The position numbers and the translations under genes were made by a program. Below, piece by piece: positions 13,467-27,000 of a stretch of DNA of 64,000 nucleotides. The notes under the pieces are model-generated. The model saw nothing but the letters and a program-made list of their open reading frames with translations. It was not told the DNA's origin and ran no database searches. The stretch covers positions 74,772,001-74,836,000 of the forward strand of contig OZ024743.1 in assembly GCA_964016885.1 (NCBI GenBank), written 5' to 3'. The stretch's first letter is position 1; each line of letters begins with the position of its first letter. This stretch comes from Eledone cirrhosa (Eukaryota).

Positions 13467-16400
13467 TATTTTTTTATTTTCCACAAGCGCGCACAAGAAA
13501 AGGGGACAATACAAAGACATGCCGGGGATTTTACATACAGTCGTGTAAAAAATATAAAAACAAACAATTACAACAATCGAAATCCCAAATAGGGGGGAAG
13601 CGCCACAAATGGGTTGTTTAATACTCCGTCGATAGAACAACCCTCAACTGCATGAGCGTGTTGTGCAAGTGCTCCTTTCTTCCTTTTGCTCTCTTCTTCA
13701 ACCCACAGGCTTATAAACAGAGAAGGCCCAACACTCGGGCCATTTTCGCTTCATTCACCCACCTTTCAGTAAATTTACTGGGGTGCAGTGCCTCTCTCTC
13801 TCTCCACTCTGATTCTCCTTCTAAAGTGATACTTAAAGAAGGGAATCAATTGTTGTCCGGAGATAAAGGCATCTGTCCTCAGTCCTCTCAATCTTGTCCA
13901 CCATATAACTTCTTTCACCATAGCCACCGTACAGAGAAAAACCGCCTCTCTTTCGTTTTTGAAAGAGGCTGGCGGTTTGATCCTTACTATGGAATCGGCA
14001 GTCAACTGGATTTGTCCCATACGCGACAGAAGTTGTTCTGCATAGTTCCACAGGTCGGTTACGCCCGGGCAGTGTACAATTGCGTGCAAGACTGTTTCAA
14101 TGTCCTTCGCGCATCTTGGACACGTCCTCTTGGAAGGATCCCTGCCGAGGCGTCCGTGCCTGTAGATCTTGTCACGAACCGGTAGAGCTCCTCGGTAGAA
14201 CTGCCAGGCCAGGGACCTCTGGAAGTTGTCCATAGGTCCCGGGTGGAAAGTCCTACCAAACAGACTGGTGAGCTCATCGTCTTCGACGCCCAGAGTCTCT
14301 CCGAGCACGTCGTCGCCCTTGTAACATACAATACCTCTATAGAATGTCGAAGTGGAGTCTTCACTGATAGATGCGCCCGCTTGCGAGAGGACTGTGAGCG
14401 CCTGAGCGCATACAATGTGCCAGGCGCCCATTGTTTTCGGTCTTTTCTTGACCCAGGACTGCAGCTTCATCAGCGAGACGAGCTGTGAGAAAGCCTGTCT
14501 CACAAACGGTGCCCACACCGGTTGGGGCTCGGTGAGGAATACCTGGAGAGGCCGCAGCCTCAGCGCATGTTTGCGCATCATCAGCCAGGGCATTCCCAGC
14601 ACTCCGTTGGAAGGGTGCTGAGAGCAGACGGATCTCCTCACCAGTAGAGCCTGCTTCTTCCACAGAAACTGGACGAGCATGCGTTCCATCTTGGCGAGGT
14701 GTTCACGGGGACAAGGCACGACAGTCAAGCAGTAGTAGATGACGGACGCTATGAAAGTGTTCGCCACCTCCGCTCGACCTTTCAAGGACAGTTTGCAATC
14801 TTCCCACTTCTGGGTGAGTGCAAACACCTTGGCCGTGACCTCGTTCCAGTTTTTCTCCACCTTGAGGTCTGGACCGAACCAGACCCCGAGCAATTTCACC
14901 GGTCCGTCCGTCCAGCGTCCAACGACGCTGTCGGATGTCATCGGTTTGCCTCTCCACGTACCGAGTTGCAAACCGACAGACTTGTCCGGGTTTAGTTTTT
15001 CTCCCGTCAGCGTTTCGTATTCTTTCAGTAAGTTGCCGATCACCTCGATTTCCGAGGTGCTCGACACCATTACCGTCACGTCGTCGGCATAAGCCGGCGC
15101 CGCTTTGCGCAGTCCCGGTTCTAGAAGGATTTCCTGCAACAGCTCCAATTTCCGCAGTAGTGGCTCTAGAGTCAATACATACAGAATGGAGGAAAGAGGG
15201 CAACCCTGTCGAAAGGAACGCGTGATTGCGAACGGCTCCGATAGGTAGCCATTCACCTTGACCCTCGAGCAGATGCTGGTGTGCATCGCCTCTATCCAGC
15301 CTCTGAACACGGGACCGAAACCGGCCGTCTTGAGAACCACTTCCAACTATCGATGGTCGACCCTATCGAATGCCTTAGACTGATCCAAATTGATCAGAGC
15401 CCCACCGAAGCCGGGTTTACTACCCACCCTCTCTATGATGTATCGCATGAGGTGGAGGTTGTCGTGTATGGACCTGGTCGGGATTGCACACCTTTGCGCT
15501 TTACCTACCAGGTTCTCGACGACAAGCGCCAACCTCGTCGCTAGCACCTTGGCCAAAATCTTTAACTCTGTGTTGAACAGAGTTATGAGCCTGAAGTTGT
15601 TAATTTCGTCCCTCTTGTTCTCGTCTTTCCTGATCAACGTTACTACGCCCTTGCCTGCAGAACTGGGAATTCTCCCGTTCTGCTGCCAAATGCAGTAGGC
15701 GGCTTCAAGGGCGCCAGAGAACAAGTCCGTCATGCCTATGTAAAACTCATTGGGTAGACCATCTAGACCTGGTGACTTGCGTTTCCCGCAGCGGCCCAGA
15801 GCGTCCCGTATCTCAGTGTCCGTGATTGGTCTATCGCAGAACTCGGCGTCCGTGTTCGAGAGATGCGGCAGGCCGTCGAGGTATAAACTAAAGTTCATTG
15901 CCTCGTTCGGCTCACCGTCGTTCTGCTCAAACAGTCGCGCAAAGTGCTGCTGAAAGGCCGCGCACATTTGCTTGGGGTCAAGTAGCACGCGTCCGTTTTG
16001 ATTTTTCGAAGACCGAATCGTGGACTTGTTGCCACTTTTTGCCTCCGCCACTCGGGCCCAGCTGACAGCTTTCGCTCCTTCATTTCCTTGAGCACGTATT
16101 TTGCTTCTAACCACGCAGCATTCGTGTTTTGCATCGAAGAACTGGTCCAGTGCTGTTCTCGACGCTAACACTCTAGCCGCATTGCCACTTCTAAGTGCCT
16201 CCTCTACCTTGGCTATTAGTTATCTTACTAGTTTGTTTTTCTCTAAGGCTAACTCTCTGCTAAACCTTATCGATTCTATTCTAATTGCTTTCTTGAGAGA
16301 GTACCACCATCTATTGTTGACGATGGCTCCTGTTAACTGTTGCTTGACTAGTCTACTTATCCGTTCACTGTAAGCTTTACGTGCCGGCAACGACACGTTC

Positions 16401-19204
16401 AGCTTCCAGTATCCGGGTCCTTGTTTATGTGTTATATCACGGTTGACTAAGCAGACGACTAATTTGTGATCTGAATTCGTGGATAGCTTAACATCTCTTT
16501 GTCCCTTTCTCTAATGAAGAACCTATCTAAATACGATCTAGATGTCCCGCTGCGGTTTGCCCACGTCCACTGTGGTGCAGTTGGGAAATCCAGTCGATAC
16601 CTATCGGCCAGTTGGAATTGGCCGATTAAAGTTTTGAGGCTGTTGCACCCCGCTCTACTGGGACATGCTCCCACATAGTCCCATCGTGCATCTAGGATTC
16701 CATTCCAGTCCTCCACTAAAAGTAAGGAGAGAGACGTTCCCAGAAAGGACTCTAGACGCTTAAAGAAGTCTGACCGTGATTGCGATTGCCCGGTCGGGGA
16801 ATAAACGGCCACCAGTCTGAAAGCTCCACCTCCAATACTGTTCACGTCTAGGACTACCAGTCTACCCTCCGGGTCCAAGTGTACTTGCTGTACTTCGACG
16901 TCCAGGTTCTTCCGAAACATGACAACCACTCCACCCCCACCTCCTGGCTGACAGAAAGATGCGTAGATCTCAAAGTCTTCGAAGATGGGGGTTAGTTGCT
17001 GCCTGTTGTGAATCCTGGACTCGGTGATGGCTATCACATCCATACCGTGTGACCTAAGGTCGTTTAAAAGTTGGCCCTGTTTCCAGGGCATCCCTAGGCC
17101 ACGCACATTCACGCTTCCAACTCGTAAACTAGCCATGTTGGTGAAGAAGAGTTGGAGAAAAAGGGCGAAAGGTGTACTTACCTTACCGTTTCCTGGAAAT
17201 CGGGTTGTTCAATCTCCATTTGGGTGCTGGATCGGGTGTTGGGTGGGGTGGGGAAACATTTTAACAGGAAGCGGTTAATGGATTTCTGGCAGGAGTTGCC
17301 CACGTCCTGTGAACATTTATTTTTTAGGTCATTATAGGTTTCCATAGAAACCCTTATAAGTTTAAGGTGTGGAGACGATTCTGCTTTGACGAAAGTTTTG
17401 CCCTCCGTCTCCTTCAAATTCTTGTTGTTTGTGTTGATGTATGCGTATTGTTGTTTGTGTTTTTGTTGTGTTGTTTTAGTTTGTTGTTCGTCCGCGAGTT
17501 TTCTTTTTATGGTGGGTGCTTGTGTTTGGGGTGGTGTTGGTGTTGGTTTTGCTGATAGGGGGATGTTTTACTGTGGTGTTGTTTGTGTTGTTGTTTGTGT
17601 CTATGGTTGTGTGTTGGTGTTGGTGATTGGAGTTTTGGGGGGTTTTGTTGTGTCTCTTTTTTTTTTAGACTTCCGCGGCTCTCCCTCTTCTTCACTTAAA
17701 GAAGGAGAAGCAGCTTCATCCGTCGATAAATAATCATCGTCAGGTGTGTGGGTAGGGGTATGTTGTGTGGTGGTGGTGTTTCGGTGTGTGTGTGTTTGTG
17801 GTAGTGTTTGATGGAGTGGGATGGGGTGGGGCTGTGTTCTTCAGGGGTGTTGTCTCTGTTTTTTCTGTTGTTGTTGATTGAGTGTCTGTTTGTTTTGGTG
17901 TGGTTGTTCGTTTCGTCTGTCCTTGTACTTGTGGTGGTGGTGGTTGTTTTGGTGTTGGTAATAGTGTTTTCTTAATGATGCTGTTGTTGTGTGTTTGTGA
18001 AGGACAAGAGGCTTTCAGGTGTGCTGTGCTACCACAGCGAAAGCAATAAAATTTTCGTCCTTCTACCGAAATGTTTATTTTGTTGTTATCATCGATGACG
18101 ACTCTATTTTGGAGATTCTCTCCGGCCTCATTTGCAACAGAATTTCCCGCCCACCTTTGTTGAATAGAATTGAAAGAATCATATCAGTTTCTGGCGCTAC
18201 GAAGCCAGCCAAGATCCACCAGATGTTAATGTTTGGGGGTATATTTTTTATTTTTATTTTTTGTGTTCTTTTTCCCATATATATAGGGAAAAGGGTGAAT
18301 GCTTTTTACACTATTGGTGTCACAGAATGTTTTTGGGCGAGAGCCTCGCTTTTAAACAGTACGGAAACACTTCCGTACTGTTTTCCTCGTTGGAGAAATT
18401 CGATATTTGCTAGAATTTCTTTCAAGGTATTTTCTATATCTCCTTGGCTAACAAATATCAGCTTTCTCGTGGTATTGGACACAGTCCTAAAGATAACTGA
18501 TCTTCGAACTGTGTCTTCTTTTATTTCAAGGAGTGAGTTAATTCTAAACCCACCCTTTTCTTCGAAAGTTACAAATTTTCTCCCTTGCTGGAGCATATCT
18601 CTTGCATTGGAGATGTCAAGATTTATAAAATCTTGTTTTTTGTTCACTGTTTCAGCGAAATAGATTCGTTGTTGTTATCGTTGTTAGCCTCGGTGTTGGA
18701 AATCTCAGTTCCTTGACGAGGTGAAACTTTATGTGTAGATGTATCTGTGGAGTTGTTGATGTTGTTTTTTCCATGTGTATGTATGTTAATGGGTTTAATT
18801 CCTGTGTTTTCATTTTTTTTTCTGCTTCGATGGTAGAAATTGTACAATCTTCAAGTGGCAATATTTTTTCCCTTTGTTGACAGTCGTATCTATGGCGACG
18901 TCCATAGTAGCAAAAGCAGATATAACGTTAAAATCTGCCTCTTTCACTCTCTTTTCTCTATTGACGTTCTCCAGCGTTCCCTTCGTGTTATTCATGTTTT
19001 ATAGTTGGTAAAATTTGATATTTTAAAATAATTCTTAAATTAAATTTTCGCCCCTAAAGGGGCGAAAAATGGGATTACCACCCAGCTGACAATTCATCTT
19101 GAGGGTTAATCTACAAAATCATATGTTTTTTCAAACAATTTGTTCTGTTTTTCGTATATAAATTTACAAAGAATCTTACCGGCGATGTTCCACGCGTCAG
19201 GCAA

Positions 19205-19207
<3 letters not shown>
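13467..19207 (-). mobile_element. Tx1-clade (L1 group) LINE copy 1, apparently full length, degraded
   Basis: ORF1 pieces 17178-18995; ORF2 APE 16459-17136 and RT/CCHC 13775-16171 (KSPGLDG, DQSKAFDRVDH, RQGCPLS, YADD, CPRC..H..C); GATA at both ends. Confidence 0.93.
13775..17136 (-). pseudogene. Tx1 copy 1 ORF2 (APE-RT-CCHC), disrupted
   Basis: three ORF segments carrying consecutive ORF2 motifs. Confidence 0.88.

Positions 19208-19291
<84 letters not shown>
19208..19291. repeat. (GATA)n spacer between Tx1 copies 1 and 2
   Basis: direct reading. Confidence 0.97.
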
Positions 19292-19292
<1 letters not shown>

Positions 19293-22200
19293 CTTTCTAT
19301 TTATTTGCCACCAGGGCATCAAAGATTGGGACAAATACAAGAGGGGGAGTTTACATACATTTCAAGGGACGTGTAAAAGTATATAACAAATCAAATTCAA
19401 CAATCGAAGTCCTCAATAGGGAGGGGGCGGGGCGTTAACGTGGGTCGCACACACCCTCCGAAAAAATGTGCAACCCTCCACCTCAGGAGCACCAGAGCGG
19501 GTTCTCCCTTCCTCTCACCTTCCTCTCCTCTCTCACCTACAGGCTGATATAGAGAGAAGGCCCTTACACTCGGGCCATTCTCGCCACTTTCACCCACCTT
19601 TCATAAAACTTGCTGGGGTAGAGCACCTCTCTCTCTCCATTCTGATCCTTCTTCTAAAATGGTACTTGAAAAAAAGGACCAGTTGTTGGCCGGAGAGAAA
19701 AGTGTCTGACCTTTCAGTTCTCGTCCTTCCTCACCAGCGTGACTACGCCCTTAGTCACAGAACTGGGAATTCTTCCGTTCTGTTGCCAGTTGCAGTAGAC
19801 CGCCTCGAGGAGATCGGAAAACAAGTCCGGCATCGCTACATAAAGTTCGTATGGTAGACCATCGAGACCGGGAGATTTGCGTTTGCCGCATAGGCAGAGC
19901 GCTTCCCCTATTTCAGCGGCTGAAATCGGCCTTTCGCAGAACTTAACCTCCCCGTTCGAGAGCCGTGGCAGACCGTCGAGGTATGGACCGAAATCCATGG
20001 CCTCACCCGGCCCGGCGCTGCTCCCGAACAGTCGTGCAAAGCACCGTTGAAAGGCCGCGCACATCCGCTCAGGTTCAAGGATCACGCGTCCATCCTGGTC
20101 CTTCAAAGACCGAATCGTGGACTTGTTTCCACTTTTTGCCTCTGTCACTCGGGCCCAGCTAACAGCTTTGGCTCCCTCGTTACCCAGAGCACGTGTGTTA
20201 CTCCTGACAACACAACCCTCGTGCTTCGCGTCAAAGAATGGTCTAGGGCCGTTCTTGACGCCAGCACGCCGGCCACGTGTCCCCTCCTAATCGCCTCTTC
20301 TATTCTATCTATCAATTCCCTTTCAGTTCTATTCCTAGCTGATGCTAATTCCTGACTAAAACCTATCGATTCTATTCTAATTTCTCTCTTGAGAGAGCCC
20401 CACCACCTGCTGTTGACAATGGCCCCCGTCAACCGCTGCTTAAACAGAGTGCTAATCCGCTTACTGTAAGATTTATTTGTCGGTAAGGACAAGTTTAGCA
20501 TCCAGTAACCGGGTCCTTGTCTATGGGTTCTATCAAGGTTGACCACTCCTGTCACCAACTTGTGATCCGAATAGTCAACCATGAATATTCATGGACAGCT
20601 TAATATGTCCCGATCCTTATTTCTAACTAGGAACCTATCTAGGAACGACCTAGATGTTCCGCTACGATTAGTCCACGTCCACAGTGGCACAGTCGGAAAA
20701 TCTAGTCGATATCTATCGGCCAGATTAAATCGGCCGATTAACCGTTTGAGGCTGTTACACCCCCCTCTATCGGGATATGCCCCTACATAGTCCCAACGTA
20801 TATCTAGGATACCATTCCAGTCCCCCACTAAAAGCAAGGAGCGAAACGTTACCAGAAAAGCCTCTAGACGTTGGAAGAAGTCCGGTCGTGGTGTCTCAGA
20901 TGGGGCATACGCTGCCACCCGCCTGAATGCTCCACCTTCACTACTGCCTACGTCTAGAACCACCAGTCGACCCTCCGGGTCCAGGTGTACCTTCCGTGTT
21001 GCGAGGCCCAGGTGTTTTCGCAGCAGAACGACCACCCTGCCCCCACCCCCCGGCTGACAGAGAGATGCATAGATCTCAAAGTCTTCGAAGATGGGGGTTA
21101 GTTGCTGCCTGTTGTGGATCCTGGACTCGGTGATGGCTATCACATCCATACCGTGTGACTTAAGGTCGTTTAAAAGTTGGCCCTGTTTCCAGGACATCCC
21201 CAGGCCGCGCACATTTAAACATCCAACTCTTATAACAGCCATGTTGGTGGTGAAGAGTTTAGAGTGGAGAAAAGAAAAAGACACCTACCTGTCCTTCTCA
21301 TGGGGACCAGGCTGCACAATTTCCATGGGGGTGTCGGCGGGGTTGTTTGGTGGGGTGGTGGTTTGGGATGTTGTGGGGACATCAGTGTGTGGTGGGGTGG
21401 GGGTGTTTGGTGGGGGAGGGGTGTCTGGGGTGGTGGTGGGGAAACATTTCAAGAGGGCGCGCTTGCTAGGTCTAGTACAGGGGTTCCCCACGTCCTCAGG
21501 AAAGTTCGGTTTGAGCATTGCGTAGGTGTCCCTTGGGGCCCTAATCATTTTTAAATGCGGTTTAGTCGCCGCGTTGGTTAACATTTTCCCTTCGGTTTCC
21601 ACCAAAGGGTCTTTGTCTATTGTTTGCACAAGTGTTTTGTTGTTTGTGTCGATGTATGTATACTGTTTTTGTTGTGTTGTGTTTGGTTTTTTTTTGTTGT
21701 TCTTGTGTGTGTTTACGTTTTGTAGTATATGTTATGTTTTCGGGAGGGGTGGGTTTTTTTGTTTGTGATGTTGTTCTGTTTGTGCTGGTGGTTGCGTATT
21801 TGTTGCATTTTTGTTAATGTGGTGTCTTCTTTTCTTTCTTTTTACAGGTTGAAAGGGTTCTCCCTCGTCGTCACTGGGTGACGTTGATAAGGGGTCCTCT
21901 TCCGTGTTGTTGGGGAGAGGTATATTTTGGGGTTTTGTTGTGGTTGCTTTTGTATTTGTTTTAGGTGGGGAGGGGTTGGGTGGGACAGTGTCTTGTGTTG
22001 TTATTTTTTCGTGTTGTGGTTGTGTTGTTGTGTGTGGGGTGGGCAGAAGCGTCTTTTGGGGGATGGGGGCAGTTAAAGGGGACAGGAAGCTCTCAGGTGA
22101 CCACTTCTTGAACAGTGGTAGCATGAAGGCCGCCTGCCCTCAACAGAAATGTTTATGAAGGCGACTCCATCCAGGGACACACGCTGCGGTATTCTTGCTA

Positions 22201-23300
22201 TCCGTTCTGGCCTCATTTGGACCAGAACTTCAAGGCTATTGCCGCCGAATACGCCCCCGGTGGATTGGCCTATCGAAAGGATTGTGTCCTCATCTTCTAA
22301 GAATCCCGTTAGCACCCACCAAATGCTCGCATTTAGCCTGATGCCTGAGATTCTTATCTTTTGAGTTCTTTTCCCCAAATATGTGGGGAAAAAGGTGTAT
22401 GCTTTGGATACAATTGGCGACACAGAATATTTCCGTGCCGCCAATTCATCTTGCATTAAAACTGATATGCTTCCATTAAGTTTCCCTTTCTGTATGAAAG
22501 CGATATCCTTCCAGGCACTACTTAGGACCAGCTCAATTTCGCTTACGGACAATTGAGTCGGTTTCCTAGTCGTGTTCGAAACTGTCCTAAAGATTACAGT
22601 CCTGAGGACTGTATTTCTTCGGGGGAGGTAATTGTGAATTCCCCACCTTCCCCGAAATTCACACAATTCCTTGCTTCTTTCAGCAATTTCTTGGCATTCG
22701 AGATGTCCAGTGCCTTTGTATGTCTGCGTTTCTCGGACCGCTTGTGCGAAGGAGACTGCGGCTGTGGGTCCGTTTTCTTTCGTTTTTGTTGTCATTTTTG
22801 TTGTTGTTATTCGTGTTGGATTGCTTTTTTCCTTTGTTGGTGTTGTCATTATTGCTGTTTTTGGTTGTGTTGTTATTGTCATTGTTGCTGTTGTTGGTTG
22901 TGTTGTTATTGTCATTGTTGTTCTTGTTTGTGTAATTGTTACTTTTGGGGTTTTCATCCATTTCCACAATTTTTTCTTTTGATTCTGTGGTGTCTTTTGC
23001 GGGAGTGAGGAGGGAAGGCTTACAGCGTTGTGCTGCTACCTTCTCTCTATCACTTTCCTTGAGGGGCGTGGCATGCGTCGTATTAATGGCGTCCATTGTC
23101 ACTAAACGACTTTTATTGACAACTTATAACTATTAAATTTCGCCCCAAAAAGGGGTGAATTTTATTTTACCCAACATCTGCAGGCCCAGGCGAGGGGTTA
23201 AACACAAAAAATAACAAATTACTTGAACAGACCTACCGCTTCTCGGAATAAATTCCGACAAAATGCAAGAGCGAAACAAAAACACGTCTATCTTCTCCGA
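19292..23300 (-). mobile_element. Tx1-clade LINE copy 2 with both ends but ~1.7-kb internal RT deletion
   Basis: ORF1 with CCHC knuckle (CYHCSRSGHLRASC, 22073-22969); APE 20589-21284; LVRKDEN joined to ORF2 C-terminal sequence near 19715. Confidence 0.92.
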
Positions 23301-23320
23301 GATAGAGAGCTAGATAGATA

Positions 23321-23375
23321 TGTTTCTTTATTAGCCACATGGGCACAAAAGAAGGGGACAAATACACAGGGGGAA
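23321..23375 (-). mobile_element. 55-bp 3' stub of Tx1 element within (GATA)n
   Basis: matches 3' terminus of copies 3 and 4 (tttctttattagcca..gggcacaaaagaaggggacaaatac). Confidence 0.8.
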
Positions 23376-23472
23376 GATAGATAGATAGATAGATAGATAG
23401 AGAGAGAGTGAGGGTATGTAGGTAGGTCGATAGATAGATTGACAATTAAACAGAGATTCAAGCAGATAGATC

Positions 23473-23514
<42 letters not shown>

Positions 23515-23515
23515 G

Positions 23516-23564
<49 letters not shown>

Positions 23565-23922
23565 TGTTTCTTTTATTTGCCACTAGGGCATCAAAAGTGG
23601 GACAAGTACAAAGGGGGGAGTTTACACAAAAAGGCGTCCTCAATAAGGAGGAGGCAATAACAAAATATAAAAATAAAATAAGATATAACAAAAAATAAAA
23701 TTTTTAACAAAATCCTCAATAGAGAGGAGGCGCCTTGGGGGGTCGCACACACCCCCGAAAAAAGTGTGCAACCCTTCTCCTCAGGAGCACAGAGAAGGGG
23801 TGCTCCCTTGGTCTTTCATCTTCCTCACCTATAGTCTGATGTAGAGTGAAGGCCCATTCACACGGGCCATTCTCGCCACTTTCACCCATCTTTCATAGAA
23901 ACGGCTGGGGTGCAGCACCTCT
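23565..23922 (-). mobile_element. ~360-bp 5'-truncated Tx1 copy within (GATA)n
   Basis: homologous to ORF2 end and 3' UTR of neighbouring copies; flanked by long direct repeat. Confidence 0.88.
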
Positions 23923-23994
23923 GTCGATAGATAGATTGACAATTAAACAGAGATTCAAGCAGATAGATCGATAAATAGATAGATAGATACATAT

Positions 23995-24049
<55 letters not shown>

Positions 24050-24065
24050 CATAGATAGATAGATA

Positions 24066-27000
24066 TATTTCTTTATTAGCCATAGGGGCACAAAAGAAGG
24101 GGACAAATACAAAGGGGGAAGTTTACATACAATAAAAACGTGTAAAATGTTATCACAGATGGAATTTAAAAGTTAGTCGATTTCCCCAATAGAGGGAGAC
24201 AGTTTATATGGGTAACACATACACCCGAAAAAAAATGTGCAACCCTCATCTCCAGGAGTACGAAGAGCTTGTACTCCTTTCCTCTCCTCCTCCTTTTCCT
24301 CAACCGACAGGCTGATATAGAGAGAAGGCCCATTCACTCGGGCCATTCTCGCCACTTTCACCCACCTTTCATAAAACTTGCTGGGGTACAGCACCTCTCT
24401 CTCCATCCTGATTCTTCTTCCAAAGTGGTATTTGAAAAAAAGAATCAGTTGTTGGCCGGAGAGAAAGGTGTCTGACCTCAGCCCTTTCAACCTTGTCCAC
24501 CATACAACCTCTTTCGCCATAGCTATCACACAAAGGAAAACCGCCTCTCCTTCGTTTTTGAAGGAGGGTGGCGGTTTGATCATGACAATGGACTCGGTGG
24601 TCAACTGGATTGGTCCCACCCGCGACAATAGTCGTTCTACATAGCCCCACAGGTCAGTGACGCCCGGGCAGTGTATGAATGCGTGCGCGACGGTTTCTTC
24701 GTCTCGCACGCACCTCGGACAGATATTTTTTGCAGGGTCCCTGCCCGGGCGCCCATGTCTGTAGAGCTTGTCTCGAACTGGTAGAGCTCCTCGGTAGCAC
24801 TGCCAGGCCAGGGACTTTTGGAAGTTGTCCATCGGTCCCGGGCGGAAGGTCCTACCGAACAGACTGGCCAGTTCATCTTCCTCTACGCCTAGAGTTTCAC
24901 CGAGCGCGTCGTCGCACTTGCTGCGGACCAACCCTCTATAGAATGACGAAGTGGAGTCTCCACTGATCGCCGGGTCCGCCTGCCAGAGGGCTGTGAGCGC
25001 CTGAGCACATTCGATGTGCCAGTCGCCCATTTTCCTCGGTCTCTGCTTGACCCAAGACTGCAGCTCGGTCAGCGAGACGAGTCGTGGGAAGGCTCGCCTC
25101 ACGAACGGGGCCCACACCGGTTGTCCGGTGAGGAATACGTAGAGATGCCGCAGCCTGAGCGCGTGTTTGCGCATCGTCAACCACGGCATCCCCAGCCCTC
25201 CGTTAGAAGGGTGTTGGCAGCAGATGGATCTTCTCACCAAAGGAGCCCGCCTCTTCCAAAGGAATCGGAAGAGCGCGCGCTCCATTTTGGCGAGCGTTTT
25301 GGCTGGACAAGGCACGACGGACAAGCGGTAGTAGATGGCGGACGCTATAAAAGTGTTCGCCACCTCCGCTCGACCTTTCAAGGATAGTTTGCACTCGGCC
25401 CACTTCTGGGTGAGTGCAAACACCTTGGCCGTCACTTCGTTCCAGTTCTTCTCCACCTGGAGGTCCGGACCAAACCAGACCCCGAGCAGCTTTACTGGTC
25501 CTTCCGTCCCGCGTCCGACGAGGCCATCGGAAGGATCGGTTTGCCTCTCCACGTTCCGAGTTGCAAACCGACAGATTTGTCCCGGTTCAGCTTCGCTCCT
25601 GTGAACATTTCGTATTCCTTCAGTAAGGTGCCGACTTCCCCGATTTGCGAGGTGCTCGACACCATTACTGTCACGTCGTCGGCGTAGGCCGACGCCGCTT
25701 TTCGCAGTCCCGGTTCCAGAGAGATGCCCTGCAATAGCTCCAACTTCCGCAGTAGTGGCTCGAGAGTCAGTACGTACAGAAGGCAGGAGAGAGGACATCC
25801 CTGTCGGATGGATCGCGTGGTATGGAACGGCTCCGAGAGGTAGCCGTTCGCCTTGACCCTTGAGCAGATGTTGCTGCTGTGCATTACAGCAATCCAGCCC
25901 CATGAACACGGGTCCGAAGCCCGCCGCCTCGAGCACCGCATCCAGGTAACGATGGTCAGCCCAATCGAAAGCCTTAGACTGATCCAAGTTGATCAAGGCC
26001 CCACCGAAGCCGGGTTTACACCCTACCGTCTCTATGATGTATCGCATGAGGTGGAGGTTGTCGTGTATGGACCTGGTCGGGATTGCGCATGTCTGCGCTT
26101 CTCCCACCAGGTTTTTGACGACAAGCGCCAGCCTCTTTGCCAACACCTTAGCCAAAATCTGCAACTCTATTTTTAGCAGAGTTATGGGCCGGGAGTTGCC
26201 TATGTCATCCCCATTATTCTCGTCCTTCCTGACTAACGTGACTACGCCCTTAGTCACAGAACTGGGAATTCTCCTGTTCTGCTGCCAGTTGCAGTAGACC
26301 GCTTCCAGGAGATCGGAGAACAAGTCCTGCATTGCTACGTAAAATTCGTAGGGTAGACCGTCGAGACCTGGATATTTGCATTTGCCGCATTGGCTCAGCG
26401 CGTCCCCTATCTCAGCGGCTGAAATCTGCCTTTCGCAGAGCTTCGCCTCGCTGTTCGAGAGTCGCGGCAGGCCGTCGAGGTATGGACCGAAATCCATAGT
26501 CCCTCCCGGCGCGCCACCCTGCCCGAACAGTTGAGAAAAGTGCCGCTGAAAGGCGACGCACATCTGCTTCGGCTCACATATCACGCGTTCGTCTTGGTCC
26601 TTCAAAGACCGACTCATGGACTTGTTGCCACTTTTCGCTTCCGTCACTCGGGCCCAGATAACAGCTTTGGCTCCCTCGTTTCCCAGAGCACGTATTTTGC
26701 TCCTGAAAACGCAGCCTTCATGCTTTGTGTCGAAGAACTGGTCCAAGGCCGTTCTCCTAAGTGCCACTTCTACTTTATCTACCAGTTCCTTTTCGGTCTT
26801 ATTTCTATCTAACACTAATTCTTTACTAAAACTTATCGAATCTAATCTAACTGCCCTCTTGAGAGAGTACCACCATTTGTTGTTGACAATGGCCCCCGTC
26901 AAGTGCTGCTTAACTAAAGTGCTAATCCGTCTACTGTAGGTTTTGCATATCGGTAACGACAAGTTCAGCTTCCAGTAGCCGGGTCCCTGTCTATGGGTTT

